The notes beneath the pieces were generated by a model. The model saw only the letters and a list, made by a program, of their open reading frames with translations, did no database searches and was not told where the DNA came from. Source: Minisyncoccota bacterium (GTDB lineage Bacteria > Patescibacteriota > Minisyncoccia > Phycocordibacterales > JAACPR01). Taken from it: a stretch of 64,000 nucleotides of DNA. The position numbers were made by a program, and so were the translations under genes. Numbering within the stretch: position 1 is the stretch's first letter; each line of letters starts with the position of its first letter. The stretch lies in NCBI GenBank assembly GCA_041674225.1, contig JBAYWG010000001.1:390273-454272 (forward strand), in the 5' to 3' direction. Of this stretch, positions 57,978 through 64,000 are shown piece after piece.

Positions 57978-58589
57978 ATGGAACCGATTTCAATAATATT
58001 GCTAGTAGTAATAATCATCATGTCTGTAGTTGTGCATGAGGTAGCACACGGATATGCGGCTTTATGGTTAGGGGATTCTACTGCTCATTATGCTGGTCGA
58101 CTTACCTTAAACCCTATAAAACACTTGGATTTATTTGGTTCGGTGATTGTTCCTTTGCTTCTTTCTTTCTCGGGTATGGTTTTTGGTTGGGCAAAACCGG
58201 TTCCTTATAATCCTTATAATTTGAGAAATCGTCGTTGGGGAGAATTATTGGTTGCCATAGCTGGACCCATTTCAAATATTCTCTTAGCTGTGATTTTTGG
58301 GATGTTCATTCGGCTAACTTCTGTGGATTCATTAGGCATGACGAGTGTGATGTATGTCGCTTCTTTGATTGTGCACATCAATATAGTTTTGGCGATTTTC
58401 AATTTGATTCCCGTTCCGCCACTAGATGGATCAAAAATTCTTTTCGCAATTTTGCCAAATCAATATAATCAAATAAAAATTGTTCTAGAAAGATTTGGTT
58501 TTATTATAATTTTATTTTTTATAATATTTTTGTGGCAAATGTTTTCTCCAATCATCGATTTCTTCTTTAAATTAATAACGGGATTTTAA
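57978..58589 (+). CDS. Site-2 protease (M50) family
   Basis: HEVAH, AGPISN, FNLIPVPPLDG. Confidence 0.93.
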   Translation: MEPISIILLVVIIIMSVVVHEVAHGYAALWLGDSTAHYAGRLTLNPIKHLDLFGSVIVPLLLSFSGMVFGWAKPVPYNPYNLRNRRWGELLVAIAGPISNILLAVIFGMFIRLTSVDSLGMTSVMYVASLIVHINIVLAIFNLIPVPPLDGSKILFAILPNQYNQIKIVLERFGFIIILFFIIFLWQMFSPIIDFFFKLITGF

Positions 58590-58610
58590 ACATCGTGTTA
58601 AAATATTTTT

Positions 58611-59087
58611 ATGAAAAAGAAAGCTCCTTCTAAAGGAAAGCGTTATCCTGATTTAGTTTCTCAAAACAAAGCTTTATGTAAGGCTATTTCTTTATTGCCG
58701 ACCACAACGAAATCTAGTGTTCCTGCTATCTATATAAAATCTCTGCCGATGGTAATTGGTGTTATGACAATAATAGCTTTGATTATCCTTCCAACTTCGC
58801 GAAACTTTTTCTCTGAAATATCATCAAATACTTTTAAAAATTTTTCTTATAAAAACGAAGAACTTAAATCACATCTAATTTTTTCACTGAGAGCTGGTGT
58901 GACTGCTTATTCAGATCAAATCAAAAAAAATATAAAAATACTTCCAATAGATACTGAAATAGAACCTCAATTATATGGCGGAAGGGTAGAACCGAGTGTT
59001 GACAGAGCTGTTTTGGCAGAGGGTTTACACTCAATGACAGCGAGCCTTTCTGATGGTTTTTCTAAAATTAAGCCAGATAGCTTTTAG
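58611..59087 (+). CDS. Hypothetical membrane protein
   Basis: 158 aa with one TM. Confidence 0.6.
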   Translation: MKKKAPSKGKRYPDLVSQNKALCKAISLLPTTTKSSVPAIYIKSLPMVIGVMTIIALIILPTSRNFFSEISSNTFKNFSYKNEELKSHLIFSLRAGVTAYSDQIKKNIKILPIDTEIEPQLYGGRVEPSVDRAVLAEGLHSMTASLSDGFSKIKPDSF

Positions 59088-59154
59088 GGTATTGCATCAA
59101 AATGAAGTGTGTAGTAGAGTGTCCCTACCTTTTTATAGGGACTTTTTATTGTAT

Positions 59155-59571
59155 ATGCCAACAGTTAATCAATTGATTAAAAATAATAGAAGCAAACCAA
59201 AACGCCGAACAAAGGCGATTGCACTTCGACGTGGTTTCAATACACTAAAAAACAAACCTACAAAATATAATGCTCCTTTCAAAAGAGGTGTTTGTATCAA
59301 AGTTACAACAAAAACACCCCGAAAACCCAACTCTGCTATTCGAAAAATCGCGAGAGTTAGACTTACAAACGGTCAAGAAGTAACAGCCTACATTCCAGGA
59401 ATGGGACACAATCTACAAGAACACTCTGTGGTAATGCTACGAGGTGGTCGTGTAAAAGACGTAAACATTCGATACACAATTGTTCGAGGAGTTCTGGATG
59501 CAGAAGGTGTAAAGAAACGAGGAAAGAGCCGAAGTCGTTACGGAGCTAAAAAGCCAAAAGCAGACAAATAA
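59155..59571 (+). CDS. rpsL: 30S ribosomal protein S12
   Basis: [26 protein letters not shown]. Confidence 0.97.
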   Translation: MPTVNQLIKNNRSKPKRRTKAIALRRGFNTLKNKPTKYNAPFKRGVCIKVTTKTPRKPNSAIRKIARVRLTNGQEVTAYIPGMGHNLQEHSVVMLRGGRVKDVNIRYTIVRGVLDAEGVKKRGKSRSRYGAKKPKADK

Positions 59572-59580
59572 TAAAATAAT

Positions 59581-60051
59581 ATGCGAAGACCATTAAAGAA
59601 AAAACCAATAATCAAACCAGATGTTAAATACAGCTCAACAAAAGTTGAGAAGTTTATTAACCATGTAATGGAAGAAGGTAAAAAAGAAACTGCTCGTAAA
59701 ATTGTTTACAAAGCTTTTGACGAAATCAAAAAATCAGAAAAAGTTGAAAATCCTCTAGAAATCTTTGATGCAGCTTTGAAAAATGCGGCTCCAGTGATGG
59801 AAGTTCGATCAAGACGAGTTGGAGGTGCCAACTACCAAGTGCCTCGAGAAGTTCGACCTGAGCGAAGACAATTCCTTGCTATGACTTGGATTAAAACTGC
59901 TGCTTACTCTAAAAAGGGAACTCCTATGCACAAAAAACTAGCTACAGAATTGATCCTTGCTTCAAAAGGAGAAGGAGAAGCTGTGAAGAAGAAAGAAAAT
60001 ACACACAAGATGGCAGAAGCAAACAAAGCATTTGCTCACTTTGCTTGGTAA
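59581..60051 (+). CDS. rpsG: 30S ribosomal protein S7
   Basis: [22 protein letters not shown]. Confidence 0.97.
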   Translation: MRRPLKKKPIIKPDVKYSSTKVEKFINHVMEEGKKETARKIVYKAFDEIKKSEKVENPLEIFDAALKNAAPVMEVRSRRVGGANYQVPREVRPERRQFLAMTWIKTAAYSKKGTPMHKKLATELILASKGEGEAVKKKENTHKMAEANKAFAHFAW

Positions 60052-60107
60052 TATCTGTTAAGATATTCAGTACAACTTTAAAAGTAATTAATATTTAGTT
60101 TATTTAT

Positions 60108-62255
60108 ATGGCACGAGATTATCCATTAGACAAAGTTCGAAACTTTGGAATTATTGCACACATCGACGCAGGTAAGACTACAACAACAGAAAGAATTCTT
60201 TTCTATACTGGTGTTTCTCATAAAATCGGAGAAGTTCACGAAGGTGAAGCTACTATGGACTGGATGGAACAAGAACAAGAAAGAGGTATCACAATTACTT
60301 CTGCCGCTACTACTGCTTTCTGGGTTCCAACATATGCCAAAGGAGATGAATCAAGAAAACATCGTTTTAATATTATCGACACGCCAGGTCACGTAGACTT
60401 TACTGTGGAAGTTGAAAGAAGTTTGAAAGTTCTCGACGGTGGAGTTGTGGTTTTCGACGGAGTTGCCGGTGTGGAAGCTCAATCAGAAACAGTTTGGAGA
60501 CAAGCTGATAAATATGGTGTGCCACGAATTTGTTTCATCAATAAAATCGACCGAACAGGTGCCTCTTTCGATCGATCATTTAAATCTATTGAAGACCGAC
60601 TTTCTAAAAATGCTGTGCGAGCGCAACTGCCTTGGGGAGAAGAAGGAGAACTAAAAGGTATTGTAGATCTTTTGAAAATGAAGGCTTACACTTTCTCTGG
60701 AGACATGGGGAATGTTATTACAGAAATAGAAGTGCCTGAAGAAATGAAAGCAGAAGCTGAAAAATGGCGAGCAGTTTTCATCGAAAGAATTGTTGAAAAT
60801 GATGAAGAAGCTATGAACGCTTTTCTAGATGGAAAAGAACCAGACACTGATACTTTGAAAAAAATTCTACGAAAAGCTGTTATCGACAGAACTGTTATTC
60901 CAGTTTTCACAGGTTCATCTTTGAAAAACACAGGAGTTCAATTAGTTTTGGACGCTGTTGTTGATTACCTTCCATCTCCTATAGATATTCCACCAATCGG
61001 AGGTACTGATCCAAAAACTGGAGAAGAAATTGTTAGAAAAGCTTCTGATGAAGAACCATTTTCTGCTCTTGCATTCAAACTACAAACTGACCCTTATGTA
61101 GGACAACTTACATACTTCCGAGTTTACTCAGGGTCTGTTTCTGCTGGTTCATATATTTACAATGTTTCAACTGGAGAAAAAGAAAGACTAGGACGAATCT
61201 TGAGAATGCATGCAAACGAAAGAGAAGAAGTGCAAACAGTTTACGCTGGAGAAATCGCAGCTGCTGTAGGTCTAAAAAATACTCACACTTCAGATACACT
61301 TTGTGATGAAGCAAAACAAATTGAGCTTCACCGAATCGAATTCGCTGAACCAGTTGTGTCTCTACGAATCGAACCAAAAACTAAAGCCGACCAAGAAAAA
61401 ATGGGTATCGCTTTGAAAAAACTTGCTGAAGAAGATCCAACTTTCCGAGTTACTTCAGATGAAGAAACTGCAGAAACAATTATTTCTGGTATGGGAGAAC
61501 TTCACTTGGAAATTCTTGTTGATCGAATGAAAAGAGAATTCAATGTTGAAGCTAATGTTGGACAACCTCAAGTAGCATACCGAGAAACAATTCTTGGAGA
61601 AGGTGATGCTGAATATAAATACATCAAACAATCAGGAGGAAAAGGACAATACGGTCACGTTAAAATTAAGATCAAGCCACTTGCTCCAGTTGATCCAGAA
61701 GAAAAACTTGCAAAAAATATCAAGCGATCAGAAGGATTTGAATTTATCAACAATATCAAGGGAGGAGTTGTGCCTGTTGAATTTATTCCTGCTGTTGAAA
61801 AGGGAATTAAAGAAGCAATGGAAAGAGGAATCGTTGCTGGATACAAAATGGTGGATGTTTCTGCAGAGTTGTATGATGGTTCATACCATGATGTCGATTC
61901 ATCAGAAATCGCTTTCAAACTAGCTGCAAGTCACGCTTTCCAAGAAGCAGCTGCACGAGCTCGAGCTTCAATTCTTGAACCTATTATGAAAGTAGAAATC
62001 GTTATTCCAGATCAAAACACTGGAGATATTACTGGAGATATTTCTTCAAAACGAGGACAAATCGAAGGTATGGAAGAAAGAGGAATGGGAATTCAAGCTG
62101 TTCGAGCGCTTGTTCCACTTTCAGAAATGTTTGGTTACACAACTAGACTTCGATCTATGACAGCGGGTAGAGGGTCTGCTGCGATGGAGTTTCATCATTA
62201 TGATGTTGTGCCGGCTAATGTGGCTGAAGAAATTAAAAAGAAACGAGGGAAATAA
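60108..62255 (+). CDS. fusA: Elongation factor G
   Basis: [25 protein letters not shown]. Confidence 0.98.
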   Translation: MARDYPLDKVRNFGIIAHIDAGKTTTTERILFYTGVSHKIGEVHEGEATMDWMEQEQERGITITSAATTAFWVPTYAKGDESRKHRFNIIDTPGHVDFTVEVERSLKVLDGGVVVFDGVAGVEAQSETVWRQADKYGVPRICFINKIDRTGASFDRSFKSIEDRLSKNAVRAQLPWGEEGELKGIVDLLKMKAYTFSGDMGNVITEIEVPEEMKAEAEKWRAVFIERIVENDEEAMNAFLDGKEPDTDTLKKILRKAVIDRTVIPVFTGSSLKNTGVQLVLDAVVDYLPSPIDIPPIGGTDPKTGEEIVRKASDEEPFSALAFKLQTDPYVGQLTYFRVYSGSVSAGSYIYNVSTGEKERLGRILRMHANEREEVQTVYAGEIAAAVGLKNTHTSDTLCDEAKQIELHRIEFAEPVVSLRIEPKTKADQEKMGIALKKLAEEDPTFRVTSDEETAETIISGMGELHLEILVDRMKREFNVEANVGQPQVAYRETILGEGDAEYKYIKQSGGKGQYGHVKIKIKPLAPVDPEEKLAKNIKRSEGFEFINNIKGGVVPVEFIPAVEKGIKEAMERGIVAGYKMVDVSAELYDGSYHDVDSSEIAFKLAASHAFQEAAARARASILEPIMKVEIVIPDQNTGDITGDISSKRGQIEGMEERGMGIQAVRALVPLSEMFGYTTRLRSMTAGRGSAAMEFHHYDVVPANVAEEIKKKRGK

Positions 62256-62388
62256 AATCCTACTAAGCAAAGACACGCTGTAAAAGAAAAAACGAAACGC
62301 TCTGCGTTTCGTTTTTTCTTTTCAGCTAACTCTCGCCGTTTGGGACGGCTCCGAGATGTCTTTGCTTAGTAGGATTTTATTTCTCTCG
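62244..62388. repeat. Long inverted repeat (32-bp arms) enclosing a terminator and a second hairpin
   Basis: 62244-62275 pairs with 62357-62388 (one G-T). Confidence 0.75.
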
Positions 62389-62428
62389 CTAGTTCTCGAA
62401 TATTTGTATGATATTATTTTAAGATAAT

Positions 62429-62872
62429 ATGAATATTTTTGAAATAGTAGGTAAAGTTTTAATAGGTATCATTTCGGTACCTTTTATGTTTATTGGAATG
62501 ATTGCACCAATTTCATTTCTATTTGTTCTTATAGATTCATATATAAAAGTCAAAAAAATAGTGATTAGAGAAATAGATGAAAGATTTGTTGTAAATGATC
62601 GTGATCTACTAATGAAAAAATCTAGACAAATTGGTTTTGTAAGTTTGATAATTTCAACGTCAATGTTAATAATATTTTATTTTTTTATGGATTTATTTTT
62701 TAATTTTTTCCGTGTGTCTAGTACAGGTGAAATTTATACAGATGATTTTACACCAATGATTGTTGCAGGTTTTTGTATAGCTGCTAATGGATTTTTGGGA
62801 TTTATGATTGCAAAAATTTTAATAAAAAGAGAAATTAAAAAGTATTTTTTGCAATATGAAAATAATATTTGA
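62429..62872 (+). CDS. Hypothetical membrane protein
   Basis: 147 aa, 3 TM. Confidence 0.65.
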   Translation: MNIFEIVGKVLIGIISVPFMFIGMIAPISFLFVLIDSYIKVKKIVIREIDERFVVNDRDLLMKKSRQIGFVSLIISTSMLIIFYFFMDLFFNFFRVSSTGEIYTDDFTPMIVAGFCIAANGFLGFMIAKILIKREIKKYFLQYENNI

Positions 62873-62961
62873 TTTCAATTAGGGTGTCTTTTAAATGAGG
62901 AGAGTTTTAACATAATAGAAAAAATCCCGCCAACATTTTCAGTGGCGGGATTAAAGGGGTG

Positions 62962-63402
62962 TTAGTCTTTCCAAACTGCTCTGTAGAGAAGTTTGGTGAT
63001 TCCTAAGTAAAATTTGAATTTCGAAATCGGTGATCCATCGCAGATGAGTTCTCTTGGTAATTGCAGTGTTACAAAGAGAGAATCAAGTGAGAAATCAGGA
63101 TTGAGACGACGTTCCAAAATATCATCTGACTCAATACTTCTTGGATCCAAGATGTTTGTAAGTCCAGGTTTCTTTTTAAGTTTGCGTTCAGTATGTTCCT
63201 TGCGCAATGGTAGTAGTCTCACACAAATCATCGCTTGTTTTTTTGTCAGAGCACCCGGAATTCTTGTTGGGCTGAAAAACTGGTGAAGTTTTCCAGCATT
63301 TTTCTTTCCGAGCATTGTTTCATACTTGGTAAGAATTTCATCTTGAGCAGTTGAATCCATTAATGATTCAAATGCTGTTTCTTCTACGGTTTTTACACTC
63401 AT
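62962..63402 (-). CDS. Hypothetical protein
   Basis: 146-aa ORF with upstream promoter-like TTGACT..TAATAT. Confidence 0.6.
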   Translation of the reverse strand: MSVKTVEETAFESLMDSTAQDEILTKYETMLGKKNAGKLHQFFSPTRIPGALTKKQAMICVRLLPLRKEHTERKLKKKPGLTNILDPRSIESDDILERRLNPDFSLDSLFVTLQLPRELICDGSPISKFKFYLGITKLLYRAVWKD

Positions 63403-63515
63403 GGTTTTTTAAGTTGAGGTACTGTTGAGGTTCTGGGCCATATTACATTCACGAAAAGCAAAGTCAAATTATCAATTTGACACTACCCTTAAAATCATAT
63501 AATCTCTTCTCTGTA

Positions 63516-63560
63516 AGGCCTGAGACAAGTGGCGTCCAAATAAGACCGCTCGAGACCTGA
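63516..63560 (+). promoter_or_regulatory. Ribosomal protein L10 leader (autoregulatory RNA)
   Basis: GGCCTGAGACAAGTGG..TAA..CCGCTCGAGACC resembles the L10 leader core; lies upstream of rplJ. Confidence 0.6.
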
Positions 63561-63667
63561 AAAACGTGGTGATAATTATGTAAATAATTTAGTTGCGTTT
63601 CTCTAATATTTCTCTCTACGGCCTTGCAAAACAAAGGTCGTTTATTTTTTAAAGTCCAAACAAAAAA

Positions 63668-64000
63668 ATGGCAATTACAAAACAAAAGAAAACAGAAATC
63701 ATCGATAAATTAAAAGAAGCTGCAAAAAGCGAATCAGCAGTTTTTGTTAGTTTCCGAGGAGTTCCTGTTTCAGAAGTGACAACAATGCGATCACAATTGC
63801 GAGACAATGGTGTTGCATACTTTGTTGCAAAGAAAACTCTTATCAAAAAAGCTTTTGCTGAAGCTGGTATCGAAGGTGAAGTTCCTACATTAGATGGGGA
63901 AGTAGCTGTAGCATACTCAACAGACGCAACTGCTCCTGCTAGAGAAGTTTTTGATTTCCACAAAAAATTTGGCGACAAACTAAGAATTGTTGGAGGTGTG
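63668..64000 (+). CDS. rplJ: 50S ribosomal protein L10 (3'-truncated by window edge)
   Basis: MAITKQKKTEII..FRGVPVSEVTTMR..VAKKTLIKKA; absent from the ORF track because it has no stop in the window. Confidence 0.92.
   Translation, partial: MAITKQKKTEIIDKLKEAAKSESAVFVSFRGVPVSEVTTMRSQLRDNGVAYFVAKKTLIKKAFAEAGIEGEVPTLDGEVAVAYSTDATAPAREVFDFHKKFGDKLRIVGGV

Noticed and set aside
1-64000. CRISPR array
   Set aside because: No regularly spaced direct repeats and no cas genes; repeats found are irregularly spaced with 2-5 copies

Overview
AT-rich bacterial chromosomal segment. Gene content and style suggest a Patescibacteria/CPR (Parcubacteria-like) genome (inference): short trigger factor, TrmB regulators, type IV pilus genes, split ComEC and almost no Shine-Dalgarno use. 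It carries housekeeping genes (xth, CCA-adding enzyme, rny, clpP, tig, nusA, tpiA, pgk, recJ, rnhA, rpmB, rpsL-rpsG-fusA, rplJ), four tRNAs, a dense cluster of parS-like sites, a probable 6S RNA and a pilus/surface-protein region. The standout is an RNA-rich accessory locus at about 14.45-19.1 kb, with a sister locus at 8.6-10.2 kb, containing FOUR type III hammerhead ribozymes. Two on the minus strand delimit repeat-flanked ~100-codon gene cassettes. Two on the plus strand bracket a 910-nt hairpin-rich non-coding RNA. All four share the CUGUC cleavage strand, so the excised pieces could circularise as retrozymes do. The plus-strand transcript is punctuated by repeated boxA-like/A-tract plus long-hairpin elements, contains repeated covarying pseudoknot leaders, and ends in an operon encoding a DUF1874/AcrIII-1-type ring nuclease. 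All calls come from reading the sequence; no database searches or folding programs were run.
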